Assembly (NCBI RefSeq): GCF_009914755.1
Contig: NC_060946.1
Length of the DNA stretch: 64,000 bases
Origin: the human T2T-CHM13v2.0 reference genome, Homo sapiens
Strand: one strand, 5' to 3'
Each line of letters begins with the position of its first letter. Position 1 is the stretch's first letter. The notes beneath the pieces were generated by a model. That model was not told the DNA's origin. It was given only the letters and a program-made list of their open reading frames with translations, and ran no database searches. The position numbers were made by a program, and so were the translations under genes. This document shows, piece by piece, positions 48,813-64,000 of this stretch.

Positions 48813-50233
48813 AAACACAAGGCAGGGGATTGAGCCTGGAGTCCTATTTTTAAATTTTAAGTCCAAATCCCTGAAGAGGTCAAAATATATAATTTGCATC
48901 TTTAACTCTTCTAATTCCTCCTACAGTCACAAGATAAACCTAATACAAGAGTGGCTCATGTCTGTAGATCACAGCAGGGAACTGCTCTTTGTTCTATTTG
49001 GTTTACAAGTCCTATGTGGGTTGTGGAATGTTAGCAGTTTACACATGGCTGGTGAAGAGAAGCTATGCAAGAGTTGTCAGGAACTCAGCTGTGATAGACC
49101 AGGCATGGCCATTAGGAAAGCCCATGAAAATAAATGTCCTGGAAGGAAGACAGTTGTTGTTCCAAAGAATCAAAGTCAAACATCAGGTCATTTGTCCATC
49201 TAAACATACACTTATTCCAGCTTTGATAACAGCAAGAAAACAACTGACAATGGTTTATTAATATGAAACAAATAATCAATGGTGTGAAGATGTAAGGGAC
49301 GTTTTCTTTCTGATTTGATACAAGCCTTAAATACTTAATCTAGACTTACACACCTAGGGGCCACAGTAGTTCATAATTGAGAAAGTATCCAGCAGAGAGT
49401 TGGGAATTATGGATAATTTTTAGAAGGATTACCCTACAACCATGGAAGTCAGGTATTAGCTTTCTTTTATCAGACAGTGATGGGGAAATGCCAGCCCACA
49501 GTCTTTTTTAAGGAAAACCACTTCTTCATCCCACCCCTGCTGAGAGCCATAGCTGCTCATGAAGTACCACAGGATTTCAACCACTCCAGCACAGCTGTTT
49601 GAGTCAGGTGTGGGCATCTGACTGAAAGCCAATCAACTGAATGATCAATAACGTATTTTGTGACCTGTAATGAAGAAAAGAGCTCCAACCAATCAGATTA
49701 ATCTACTTTCAGGAATTTAATAAATATTAAAAGAATGTGGCTGTTAAGAGTGAATCTAAAGCCAAAAGAATGCAAAAAAAAGAGGCCTCATGGGGCAGCC
49801 TTTCAGGCATAGGAGCTCATATCAAGGCCTAAGGGAATAATCCTCAGCAAGCAGCAGCAATCTTGACAGAGAGACCCTAGGTGGTCCATCACATAGAGAA
49901 AGCTGCTAGTCCTTGCTGGAGTTTCCGTTCCGGGGTACATGTATCCTCATAATATGCTCCCTTTCTCTTAACATTTGTTTTGCAAATGTCTGTTTGAAAC
50001 CAACAGAACCCAACTATAAATGAAAAAAACCACAACTCAATGTAATTAAATAATCAGTTGAGTGGTACACCAGCTAGAATCCTGTACATGGCTCAAGACA
50101 GAACAGATGGATGGATGAATAAATAAAATAATTAGTGTCTCTTGCAGGTTTATGAATAGTTTTTCTTTCTCTTACTTAGGGTTCCTTTGATGACATCACA
50201 TTGTCTAAGTAATTTTAAATTTTTTCCATTTTA

Positions 50234-50531
<298 letters not shown>

Positions 50532-51152
50532 TCCATTTTAATTTTCAATTGCTTTTCCCTTGTTGCTTTATAATTATTCATTCTTCAATATTATTTGAGC
50601 ATTAAAATTCTGGATTTTTTTCAGTGATAATTTTTTTAAAAATCAAGTATACTGGTAGAAAGAGTAGTCTAAAGTTCTCCCAGTTGAGTTATATTAGAAT
50701 TCTGGATAATCTCATAATTTACCGCTTTTAAATTTGACCATATATCTTCACGTAATTTTGCTCATATTTTAATTATTTTCATTTCCCTTCATTACAGGGA
50801 GATATCTCTATACCTCACAAAATGTACACATTTTTATTAATGCATTATTTATACACTCTTCTAGAATGTTGCCATATTGTTTAATATGTGAATATCTGTC
50901 CATTATACAACTAGTGAAATAATGAAAAATAAAATAAAATGATAAAAAATAACCCAGAGGTTGATTCCCCAGTTAGACATATGTATTCCAAGTATTCTTC
51001 AGACATTACAGACTCACCAGCAATACATCACACCACTCAAAGGCATGTATTGTATTTGTTACAAGAGCACAATAAGCCATAACTAATGTGCATACTACAG
51101 TCTAATAGATCACGAGTTAAATGACAATGGAAGAATTTACCAAAATTATTAG

Positions 51153-51755
<603 letters not shown>

Positions 51756-51790
51756 AGGACCTAAAATTCTACATTAGCCTCATCTTCTAA

Positions 51791-52090
<300 letters not shown>

Positions 52091-52919
52091 TCATCTTCTA
52101 ATTTAAACACTATACAGAATTAGGGAGAAGCTGAGATCCCTTGGAGTGTTTATCTATATATAGTGAAATAAGGGTGTGAGTAAAATTCCTGAATCCTCAG
52201 AGGCATACTAGGTAAGTGGCCTCCACTATGCCCCACAAATAGAATTTACTTCTAAACTAGAATTGTGATGCTAAATTGTTCCAGTGGGAATGTGAGCTTA
52301 TACACAATAAGCTCCTAAAATATACTCACTGATAGACAACCAGCTAATGATTACCTCCAACTTGAGTTGTGATCTTTTATGTTATTGCCAAGGAAGGGGA
52401 CTTTTTGATACGCAGAATTACGAGGTTGAGTCATATAATATTAGAAAAGGAAAGACTGAGATGTTTAATCTAGCCCTCTCATATGGCAGTTGGGAAATGA
52501 AAGCCCAAAGAGATGAAACAGCTCTCCCAGAGTCACAAGAAATGTCAGTGGCAAAGCTGCCACCAGCCCTCAGGTCACTTTCTTTTAGTCCAGACTTCAC
52601 TGCTCTTTGTTATTCTCATAATGTCCTTATTGTTTTGTTTTTTTATTCTAAAATAGGCAAGATGAAGAGACCAGAGAAGAAAGTAATATTTGTACTAGCA
52701 TTTGATGCCTGATCTGTTGCCTTCCCTCAACTCCATCTAGGAAAGGATAATTAACTTCACCTTCACTAAAACTCTGTAGTAATCAGTGGCAAATCTAACT
52801 GGCCTCTAAATATCAGATTTCTCCTTTCCATTAATAATTCCTAATATTCAAGGTAAAACACTGCTGTAAGTGAGGTTCTAGCTAAAGTTAGATAAGAATG
52901 GGGTTTAAATGCAGGCTTT

Positions 52920-53245
52920 TAAACTATAAAGGAAGACTAGCCCTGTCAGATAAGAAAACATTTTATAAAGTTTCTAGAATAGAACAACATGGTAGTAGTG
53001 TCTGAACAGACAAAAATAACACTGGAATAGAACATGAAGTCCAGAACACACACAACTAAATAAGGAAATTTAGAATATGGTAATGGTAGCGTCTCAAAGC
53101 ACTGAAGCAGATTTTAATAAAGGTTGATGGGGAAAACTGAATAGTCTTTGGGAAAAGATAAAAATTAGATCCATACCTCCTACTATACACAAGGATAAAC
53201 TCCAAATGGATCATAGATTAAAATGTAAAAACTGAAACCATGTAA
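52920..53245 (+). mobile_element. Old L1M ORF2 fragment
   Basis: aaattagatccatacctc...aactccaaatggatcatagattaaaatgtaaaa. Confidence 0.75.
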
Positions 53246-53247
53246 CT

Positions 53248-54420
53248 GTTCTATTGTTAACTTCGTTAAGTTGGAACTACAATTCCTGGAACCCTCTTCT
53301 TTGTATGGTTTCAGGTTAGAATATGCCAAAAGACGAACTTTTAAGAAACTTGGGAGGTGGAAGTGAAATAGCAGCTACTGCTTTCTAAGAGTCTTCATTG
53401 ACTAATGTGATGGTGCCTGGTAAGTTCCAGTTTTTCATCTTTCTCCAGGTGACTGCTGATCTTGCTGACCAACAGCAGTCCCAGGTCCATCACCAAATGC
53501 CTCGTAATGATTACATGGAAGCAACATCTTCCCCACAGATCCCCTCCACACACCACCTTCACAATCCTAGTTCCGCAGCTAGACATGCTTGGCTTCTCAG
53601 GTTTTTCTGCCAGCTCCAGTTTGTCCACTTGCACCAGCTTCAGGAAGAGAGATTGGTGACTTTTGCATTGATCCTCCAACACCCTCTTTTGAACTTTCAT
53701 TTCTTTAGCTATTCCCACATTTGCATAATGTCCATCCTGTATTAAATTCCTTATCCTGTAACATGTATAGTGAATTTGCTTGCATGACCGATATTATTAT
53801 TGGTGTTCGGAGTAGAGTTCCAAGGTAAAGAATGAAAAGGATGGGAATCTGGAATTGGTTCTTTGATCTGCCTAGACTTAAGTCTTTAAAGGCATTCATG
53901 ACCCTATTGATAGTGATAAATAGGACACTGGTAATAGGTGGCATACAGTGACAAACAGATAATACAAGTATTACCTGTAGTCACCTGAAGTCAAGTGCCA
54001 ATAAACTGCAAAGCTTCGGGTGACCAAGACGCTGATGCCATTGTACAACAGTACATGTTAGTGGAAATAGAGTTTAAGGATATGGGCTTGGTCAACTGCT
54101 TCCTAAGCATGCTGGAGAACTTGAGGAAAAGAAAATTATTATCTCAACACTTTAAATTCCAGCGTACGTTCAGAGAAAGGAACCAGAAAGCTTCTCTATG
54201 ATTGTCCTGAAAGATGTCCTTATCTTCTGAAGCCACAGGTTCAAGATTTCAGAAAACTAATTAAGAAATAGAGGGAATGGAACTCTGAAAAATAGGATAA
54301 AGACATACAAGCAAATTCTAATGAAGCTGAGGACCTCAAACCCCTAAAGGTTAATCTTTCCTTGCCTGAGAACCTATAATGGCCTCTCCCAAAGTAATTA
54401 CCTGATTAAAGTAATGGCTG
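53248..54420 (+). mobile_element. ERVL-class LTR (LTR41-like, ~53248-53795) plus 5' internal region
   Basis: ggaactacaattcc...ttgggaggtggaagtgaa LTR motif, attaaa poly(A) signal, then ttggtg...ggagt internal start and ERVL-like gag-region remnant. Confidence 0.6.
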
Positions 54421-54449
54421 ACTAAAACCTGGAACTCCATTTCTCCTTT

Positions 54450-56600
54450 GTTCCTTTTTCCCCTCTTTATCCTGCCTTCTTCTGGATCAAGTGAGCATTT
54501 TTTAGGATCTAATTTTATCTCCTCTATTGACTTTGTGTTCTTGTTCATGTGCTCTCGCTCGCTGGTGCATTCTCTCTCTCTCTTGCTCTCTCCCCACCCT
54601 TTTCTCTCCCTTTTTCTTTCTCAATGGTTGCTCTCCACAGCCCTCTTCAACTGAGATTCTATGATAGAATTAAACAATAATGTCCTAACGTGTCCACTGC
54701 ATGTTGTGATCTAACCCCTCTCCCACGCATCCTAGAATAGTACTGGTTACATTCCATTCTTAGGAGAATTGAGACAGCAGTTACTCAAATCATTTTCTGT
54801 GTTTCATGGTTGAAATAAGGAACTCCAGTTGAGAAAGACTGCTAGGGTTTACAGTACACATCTTTAAATTAGTACAGTCTACCTTTAAATAATATTAACT
54901 GCTTTATGTATAATGTAAGAATCTTACAACGGTATGTACTTTCATTTCTCCCTCTTATTCTTTGAGCTATTATTGTAATGTATTGTTTTTAAACATGTTA
55001 CAAGCCCCACAATATACTGTTATCACTGCTGTGTTACCTAGTCAAACATCTTCTAAATAAAATCTTCAAAATACATGAAAAAATGAGGGATATCACTTAT
55101 ATTTATCTACATATTTAAATTTTGGCCTCCCTTCTTTCCTTTGTATAGAATCAAGTTTCTGGTATCATTTTCCCTCCACCTGAAAAAATTCCTTTAATAG
55201 TTCTTTAGTGCAAATCTGCTGGCAGTAATTTTTCTCAGCCTTTGCTGAAAATGTTGACTTCACCTCTATTTTTGAAGCAGATTTTTGCTAGATACTGAAT
55301 TCTGGGGGGAGAGTTTTTCTTTTAACATTACCAAGATATCATCCCATCGTTCTCTGGCTTGTATTGCTTCTAATGAGAAGTCAGTACTCATTCTTATCTT
55401 TGTTCCTCTTTATGTAATGTAGTTTCTCTGGCTGTTCTTCAGATTCTCTCTTTTATCATTTATTTTCAGTAGTTTGATTATGTTGTGCCTAGTTGTGACT
55501 TACTTTATGTTTTTACTGCACGAATGGGGTTGACAGCTCTTTGGGTATGTAAATTTCATATTAGGAAATTCCTTCATCATTATTTCTTCAAATATTTGTA
55601 TGCCCACTTTCTGGGAATTCAATTACATATATTCTAGTCTACCTAATAGTATCCAATGGATCACTGAGGTTTTATTAATTTTCCTTGGTCTTTTTTCCTT
55701 TGCTTCAGTTTGGATGTTTTCTACTGATGCATCTTTAGGTTATCTGATCTTTTCTTCAGCTGTATCTAATCTCTTTTTAAGCCCATCCAGTCATTTTTCA
55801 TTTCTGAAATTGTATTTTTCCAATCCAGAAGTTTCATTTGGTTCTTTCACAGAGCTTCCAGTTCTTTTATATTCTATCAAATGTTCTCTTCTAAATCTTT
55901 GAAAATGTTTATAATATCTGTTTTAAAGTACTTGTCTGTTAATTCCATCATCTGTGTCATTTACTTGCAAATCAGCCTATTCTAAGACTTGTTTTTAAGT
56001 TTTTTAAGGATGAGTTGAGCATAGCCTTTACCAGGGCTGTTTAGTTCTACTTCTAAGATACAGCCTTTTTAGGGTCTCTATTAAATGTCCTGGGTGTTCA
56101 ACAAGGTCTTTCCATCTGGCCATGTGGTAGTTCTAGTAGTTGTTCAACTCCCAGGTAGTTGTTCTTTCCCTCAATAATTATTTTTTGCCTGGCTTTGTGG
56201 AAACTAACCTCACACAAGTATAGCACAGTATTCACCCAAACAGTGAAGAGGACTCACATATAGATTTCTGGAGGTCTTTCTCTTTGTTGCCCCTTCCTGT
56301 CTCTGTTCCACAAATTCCAGATGGTTCAGACTCCCCAAACTAATATGTATTTTTCCTCAACTCAATGAAACCATTGTGCTCTATGAGGTTCCTCTCCTTA
56401 CGACACGACCTGCAAAGTATTCTAGGTAGAAACAGAGTAACTGTAAGGTTCAATGCTCTATTTCCCTTCTGTCAGGGATCACAGTTCTGCGTGATTTGCT
56501 CAGGTCTGAAAACAGTATTTTCATATATACTGACCAATGTTGTAGTTGTTTACAGTGGAAGGACTAGTTATTCCATCATGAACAAAGCAGAATTTTTACT
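54450..56600 (-). mobile_element. Old L1M ORF1/5' region, antisense
   Basis: T-rich; ctggcttgtattgcttctaatgagaagtcag and ttttcagtagtttgattatg. Confidence 0.75.
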
Positions 56601-56629
56601 TTTCTTTCCTTTTGCTTCAATTTCCCTTC

Positions 56630-56745
56630 TAACAGTTCTGTTCAACGGAACTCTGCAATAATGGACATATTCTACAATCTTCTTTGTCCAATATGGTAGC
56701 CAATAGCCACATGTGGCTATTGAGAACTTAAAATATGACCAGTGA
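56630..56745 (+). mobile_element. MER3/MER33-type hAT fragment
   Basis: tgtccaatatggtagccaatagccacatgtggctattgag. Confidence 0.85.
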
Positions 56746-57344
56746 CTTTTTATTTCAGCTTGGAAATATAAAACTGGAAAGAGCACCACTCTACCGTACA
56801 AGAAGAAAAAAAGCTGGACAAAGTACAAATCAATGACTTTTCTTAAATCCATCAGAGAAGTGAAGTCACAGGGTAGATAACTAACCTAAAATATATAGAG
56901 AAGCAAGCAACTACAGACAGAATGAGCATTTGCTTACCTGAGATAGGTGCTGCTAAATATCATAAAAGCCACTAGGAAGATTAAACAAAACAGTTTTACC
57001 AAATGCCAAAGGCTTAACATAGTCTAGCATGAGAGCATGAAGCCTATGGAGAACACAGACACAGAGAGGTTATTGCTCTCATGTAGGTTTTTTGGGTTTT
57101 TTCCCCCTAGGAACTCTACCAGGCTCTCACAGGAAACATTGATTAGAAAGGAATGGGGCTTGAAAAAAGGGATGGAGACATATGGGCATATTCTGATGAA
57201 GATGAGGACCTTGAGCCCCCAAGGGTTGGTCTCTACTTGCCTAAGAATCTGTAACAGCCTTTCCTGAAGGAACTGCCCTGAAGGAGATCTAATCTTCTTT
57301 AGACTTACCTCTCATTCCCTCATCATCTCTCATTGCTTCTAGAC

Positions 57345-57460
57345 CAGGGTTTCTCAACAATGTCACTACTGACATTTGGGAATAAATAATTGTTTGTTGT
57401 GGGAGCTGTCCTGTGCATTGTAGGATGCTTAGCAGCATCCCTGACCTCTGTCCACTAGAT
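57345..57460 (+). mobile_element. MER20 fragment
   Basis: cagggtttctcaac...tgtcctgtgcattgtaggatgcttagcagcatccctg. Confidence 0.85.
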
Positions 57461-57464
57461 GACA

Positions 57465-59170
57465 GAAATGAATGAATCTGACTGTATTTCAAATGAGTAA
57501 TAGAATCATATTAAAGAATAAGAACTAACCCAAGAAACTTTTCAACCCAGTATTTTGACTATGTGCCCTCAGGCAAAGACAAAAACAATCCTTAGGAAAT
57601 ACTGAATGTGTTAGGGAGTTTGTTTTACAGTGGTATGAATTAGTACTTCTGAAACCATATTCTGTATATTAGAGGACTGAGATAATATACAGAGAATAAC
57701 AGAAAGTCATGTTCCTCACTGTTGGAGAAGGGAATGACACATACAGAAAGAAGAAGACTAGAAAGAATTCTGCTGTGGTATTAAATTGGAATTGGGGGTA
57801 TCTATAAGGATTCACAATCTTTAATACTTTTTAAAAATATAATACAGAAATAGCTACAGATATATGTATATAAATGGTGTATACATACATGTATATATAA
57901 ACATGTATCTATAGGTATACATATGTATATATCTGTATACATCTATATACACACAAATACATGTATACATGTATAAATATGTATTTTTCCCTAGCTTAGT
58001 CTCCAGAGAGGACCCCAAAACATTGATACCTCATTAGAAATTAGCACACCTAGCACAGAGATCTTGATTTCTAAACCATTCTCCCTTAAAGGGAACCAGG
58101 GCTAACTACAGAAATGGCAGCTTGTGGGACCTGGGCAGGGAAGGCAAACCATAAGGCCGGAACATCTTGCTGCACCAGAAAGTAAATAAATGCTCAAAGA
58201 ATAATGGAGACAAGTCAAAAGAATGTAGTAATTAGCTTAAAAGGACTCCCAGTCTGGGACAATTTGAGTAGCAAATCAAATTAAATAACAATAGAAATAG
58301 TCCTTTAACCCATTTAGCAAAATAAGAAATAAAATAATTCATGAGATCACACTGATACAAATGAATAAATAAATGGTGGAAAAGGGAAAGCTCTTTCTGG
58401 TAAAACATCAATATAGAAGGAAGGAACAGAAAATGCACAAAGTCTAGTCTCAAAATACCTCCCCACAAATAACTAATAAATTACAAAAGGAAAAAATAGT
58501 AACTTCACGATAGAGAAACCTGGCAGACCCCACCTGAACCACATAATCAAAGTTCATTTCCCCAGGTATGAAGCACCCCAATACCATGCGTCTCTTGATA
58601 AGATGTACTGAGAAGAATAAGTATCACTTCTGTAGTATTTTTGCCCCCAAAATGGAAAACGAGGATCTAATCATGAAGAAACTTAGATAATCAAATTAAG
58701 GAATATTCTATAAAATAAATGGCCTGTATTCTTAAAAAGTGTCAAGGTCAAGGAACACAAAGAATGGCTGAGGTTCTAAGCAGACATGAAAACTAAATGC
58801 AAAATCTAATCCTGGATTGGATCCTGGACAAGGAAAAATAGCAGATCAAACATTACTGGGATAATTTATTTAATATTAATATAAAATTTGAGTATGAGCT
58901 ATGGATTTGATAACTGGACTATGATTATGTAAGAGAATACCCTTATTCTCAATAAATACAAATTTAAGTATTTCGGGGCAAAAGGCAACTGTATGTAATT
59001 TACCCTCAAATGGTTCGAGATTAAAAATATATATAGAGAGAGAAAATATGGTAAAACAAATGGGGAAAATAATTATTGAATCTGGGTAAAGGGTACACAG
59101 CAGTTCTTTATACTAATTTTACAACTTTTTTGTAAGTTCGGAATTATATAAAAATAAAAAGTTACAAAAA
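57465..59170 (+). mobile_element. L1MC/MD-type 3'UTR fragment with an embedded (TA/CA)n low-complexity tract (57860-57985)
   Basis: gagaaacctggcagac, atcctggattggatcctgg and gaatctgggtaaagggta motifs. Confidence 0.8.
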
Positions 59171-59599
59171 TAGGCTTCTTACTCCCTCATGCTTTAGGTA
59201 TGGGACTTGAAGTAGTTTGGTTATGACAATGTAACAAAGTGATAATGAAACTAGAGGAAGTATAGAGAAAGGGAAATAAAATAAGGAATTAGGATGTGTT
59301 TTGTGGTTATACACTAAAAAATATCAGGCTTTTTTTGTAAATAAAAATGCTAAGTAAGGATATAAATGAAGCATTTCTAATCATAAAGAGATGGCCAAAA
59401 AAAGACTCATTCAACAGAATTCTAGGAGTACTACAAGAAGCTTAAAAGTGATACTTTGAAGATAAGAAAAGAAGCATTGGTAAGTAAAATGACATAGCAG
59501 AAACTATTTCGGGGGATCTTCATAACAACTCACAGATAGCCTCTGCTTTTTGTTCCCTCAGTGGAATACACTGCCTGGCGCCACAGCACACCAATTACC

Positions 59600-60195
59600 T
59601 GTGACTAGTGTCTACTCTCCAGCATTCCCCGGCCCTTTACTCCTTCTAATGGAGTGGGTGGTACACTTTACCAAGAGTCTGTTATGACCGCTCCCAAATA
59701 AGTTTATATCACATTTACTTGTTACAGTAATTATGCCATCTGACAGAAACTGATGAACTACAAGTGTAGGAAAAAAGCTCTTGTTTCTCTAAAAACTACA
59801 GTGAATACTTTCAAAAGACAATGAATCTGAGGCAAATTTGATATAGGTAAAATAATTATAAAATATTAGAAAAAGCCATAAAAATCTAGAGAGGTTGTAC
59901 ACTTAGATTTCTTTTTAAGTGATGCACTCAATTTTTACAACTCTTTGAAGAAAATGAAATTGTAAATGGACGTGGTTTATGCAGGAATTATTTTACAGAA
60001 CTCTAAGCCTTGAATTAAAGAAAAGTCATTTGTTCTATATCTTAAGGTTATTGGGTCAGTGTTTTTTTATGTTTAATTGAAATAATATGTTTGAATATGT
60101 ATATATCTTTGTTATAATTTCTATTTTAAAAGATTTTTTTCCATTAACCAACTAATTACTGGTGCTGACTGGATTAAATAAGTTTCAATTTTACT
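59600..60195. mobile_element. Possible old TcMar-Tigger relic
   Basis: Degenerate AT-rich sequence with a Tigger-like end (ttccattaacc...ttttact); weak match. Confidence 0.3.
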
Positions 60196-60473
60196 TAATG
60201 TCTGTGACCAATAATATGAAAGAGGCTGGAAGTAATAATAAGCAGATTCATTTTAGATGACACGTTAAAATTAAATTGACATCAAATTGGGCAGGCATGA
60301 CCTGATACACTGTCTCTCAAAGTATGTAGAATGGTGCTGATGTGCAAACTATTACTGGTCTGTGACAAGATAGGTACAGAAAATGAGAGTAAATATTTAA
60401 AATCCTTTAAAAATCAATCTGACAGAGTCATTTTAATCTATTTAATCTAATAATTAAAAAAAAAAAAAAACTG

Positions 60474-60823
<350 letters not shown>

Positions 60824-61279
60824 TCATATTTGGCTCTTTTTTTTCCCTTTTTTTTTTTCGTTTTTCTGTGTGTTTTTATTTGTATTTTACAAAAGTGCTA
60901 ATCTGTGATGGATTAGAAATTTAAGACTGGTATTTAACCACAGGGAGTTTGAAAAGTACTCCCCTTACACTGTGTGAGTTTTGATGCTATCATGAACTAC
61001 AGACTACAGAGCTAGATAAAGTAAGATCTGGCCCAGCAGCGAAATTCTTAAGAGTTTGAGGCTTGAGTTTTAGAGAACGTGGATTAGATAGCTACTGTAA
61101 GCCTCACTGCTTTAGTGGCATGTGGGGTGGGATGGGGTCCAGGCATAATGAGAATGTCCTCTGACACAGAAAAAACAAGCAGGCAAAAGGTAAAAGGAGT
61201 GGAAGGTGGGGAGAGGACATAAGGATAGAGAAATAAATGTAGAATAGCTGTCCCCCAACTTCCTTGAACACAGACAGTT

Positions 61280-61730
61280 CATTTGATTCATTCAACAAAT
61301 ATGTACTGAACACTTACTATGTGGTAAGCACTGTTACAGGCACTAAAGATACAGAACGCACAACATGAAGAGAAATCGTTGTCCTTATGGAGCTTAGATT
61401 TTAGAGGTGAGAAAAAGACAGTAAGGAAAATAAATTATACATATTTATTTTGCAGAATCTAAGATGTCACTGATTATTAGATATATCTATTTCAGAAATG
61501 CTAAAATGTGAAAAATATATATGCCAAGAGTCAATAAACATGGCAATAAGTTAGACCAGTGGTAGGATCTGAGGGGAAAATAAAGTAGTAAGGAAGGAGG
61601 ACAGGCAGAGTTGGGCGGGTTTGAGTAAAAGCCTGAGGGGAGTGACAGAATGAATTAAGTAGATCTCTAGGAGAAGAACAGAGGGAAAAGGCAAAGACTA
61701 GATGGAGAGCAGCCACTGCTTTAACACACA
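61280..61730 (-). mobile_element. L2 fragment interrupted by a MER104-like MITE (~61438-61545)
   Basis: ttcattcaacaaatatgtactgaacacttactatgt; tttcagaaatgctaaaatgtgaaaaa. Confidence 0.7.
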
Positions 61731-62749
61731 GAATGCTTTCATAAAGACAACATGGATTCCACTCAGACAAACCTCCTTCAACCACTACATTTACAGCTAC
61801 CCTTCGTCTCCTTTCAAATATGAGGAAAATAATTTACTGAGAAATAATGTATCTTGATTTTCTAATCAGAAGGTAGGCCAAGGATGATTCAACTATATAG
61901 AAGGAAAAAACTCAAGAAAACACACTGCTATATCTAAATCAGTGAACTGATAGGCAAGTGCTCTTGAATGACTTAACTGACTTCAGAAATTGTTCTCTTG
62001 CTATCAGGGTATAAAGAAGGCAAATAAGCTTCAAAAAAGAAACCTAAAGCTCTGTATTTTCTCTTCCTCGAGTACTAAACGGCTGCTCTGAATTCTCAGC
62101 ACCTCTGCTTCCAGGGGCTTTTGATCCATTATTCAATGTTTTTAATTCATGACAAATTACATCTAAATTTTCTTGCTCATGTTCATTTATGGGACATTTT
62201 TATCTTGTCATCTTTTTTCATGTACCGTGCAAGCAAGAAGAAAATATCCAGCACAACATACCCTTCAGAAACAAGCTAATAGCACAATTTGGTGTCAATT
62301 TCACAGCTCAGTGAAGTGAAAGTGATCTAGCTGGCCATCCACATACACCTAGAAGGAGGTCTACTGCAAGTGCCCAGCCTTCATGTTGCTTGTGTCATGC
62401 CTACAAGCAAGATAAGTTCAAGTAGAAACATTATGTATTCAGAAAGAAAGCAGTTATCATTCAAATGCCCTTAGAGCCAGCTAGAACAGAATGTGGAGAG
62501 ATAAAGCAGAGCCAGACTTTCATTTTTATATTGTGGAGAGTTGTTTTTCAGAAGTCATGCTTATATTCACCAATGGTAGGGAACAGTAGCTTCCCTTTGG
62601 GATTCTGATAATGTTTAGAAGCAGAAATTTTATTTAACGGATGCATGAAAATTGAATAACTATCTTAACAGTTTCTCATGCTTTATAATGGAGGCAAAAT
62701 CATAGACTTTCAACTAATATAAAACCAAAATGCCGCAGGAAGAGTATGC

Positions 62750-63880
62750 AGCTCCTATTATTAACAATTACAATAATACCAATACCATTATTTACCAGCA
62801 CATGGTAATGACTCTATTTCATCCTTAGGCCAATTCTGTAAAGTAAGGAGGTACACACATATTAATGATTTTCCCAGTTTTATAGATGAGGAGGCTGAAT
62901 CTAAGGTCACACTGTTAATAAATGGTATACTCAGAACTTAAATCCTATTTTTTAGGGTGGACTCCAAAACATCACAAAAGAAATGAACATTTCACTATAC
63001 TGCAAACTTATGAGCTATAATTACAATGTTCTTAGCCAAAGTACCCTATGCGTTTCACATGATGCACTAAAAAAATGCAATTCACAAATAAATGTTAAAC
63101 ATTGTAGTCTTTCTCATTGGCACTTTTGTCTTTAATGTTGGATCAAGCTAATGAGACTGCTTTCAATGACTCACCACACTACAGACAAATTAACATTTAC
63201 CACTGCCTCTAGAACAAAGGTCAAGCTCTTCAACCTGGCCAGTAAGACCTTTCACAATCAGGCTCCTTTCCAATCTTAGCCCCCTATACGAACTTTTCAC
63301 TGCAATCAAAGAGTGACAGTAAATATTCATGAATACGTCTTGAATTTTCCTGTTTCCTGACTTATGCTATTACTTCATCTGAAATGCTTCCTATGTTCTT
63401 CTATCAAACTCTTACCCATCCTTCAAAGGGAAGCTTAAGTATACATCTTCCATGAAGCTAAAAGTAAACAGTGAGCTCTGTTCTTATTTACTCTTAGCTT
63501 TAATGGTAGAAAAACTTCATCTTTAAGAGCCCAACATCGTCCCTTACACATACTACACATTTATATATTTGTTAAACGAAGGAATACAATGTTTAATAAT
63601 AGAAAGAACATAGCATTTGTACACAAGAGACCTGGGTTTAAATCCTCCTTTTCCACTTACTGAGTAGATCATTTGGCCTCATCTCTAAAATAGAGAATAG
63701 AAATATCTACATCAGTGCTGTTTTGAGGTTTGAATGAGTTATGATATGCCAACACACCACCCCAAGGTCTGGCATAAAACAGGTATTCAAGAAATGTTTG
63801 CTGAATCTGTAAAATAAAGAGGCTAGACTAGATGGACTCTAAGGCTTTTTTCTGGTCTATAACACTCTGTGATTCTTTGA
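62750..63880. mobile_element. MIR (-), L2 (+), MIR/L2 (+) and MIR3 fragments
   Basis: ttttatagatgaggaggctga; cctgggtttaaatcc; ctagactagatggactctaagg. Confidence 0.65.
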
Positions 63881-64000
63881 GAAGCTAATCTTAATACTTT
63901 TCATGTAATATCTTATATTGCTACTTGTTTCATGTGTCAGTATTTTATGCAACTATGCTAGGAATAGACCCTAGCATAGCTGCATGTGGTAATGATCACA

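Overview
Primate (human/ape-type) genomic DNA. It is AT-rich and repeat-dense, and probably lies inside a large intron of a host gene I cannot identify (possibly on the minus strand). I recognise no cellular protein-coding gene, RNA gene or CRISPR array. Nearly all ORF-track entries are translations of L1, Alu or LTR sequence, or chance ORFs. The window holds two near-full-length, retrotransposition-dead, + strand L1PA elements (8742-14863 and 26599-32711), about 15 Alu/FLAM/FAM copies, and many MIR, L2 and old L1M fragments. It also holds hAT-Charlie and Tc2 DNA transposon relics, MaLR/ERVL LTRs and several microsatellites. The standout signal is the L1 pair. Each copy has its own TSD, its own host repeat and different-subfamily 5' and 3' ends, so they are independent insertions. 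Yet they share inactivating mutations across about 4 kb and contain a ~1.46 kb block with no visible mismatch, flanked by tracts of graded identity. This points to recurrent ectopic gene conversion or duplication-deletion cycles (concerted evolution of two direct-repeat L1s 17.8 kb apart). It also creates an NAHR substrate around an 11.7 kb spacer that contains a CpG-rich candidate exon and a putative enhancer. All alignments were done by eye, and subfamily names come from remembered consensus features, so both need RepeatMasker/Dfam confirmation.
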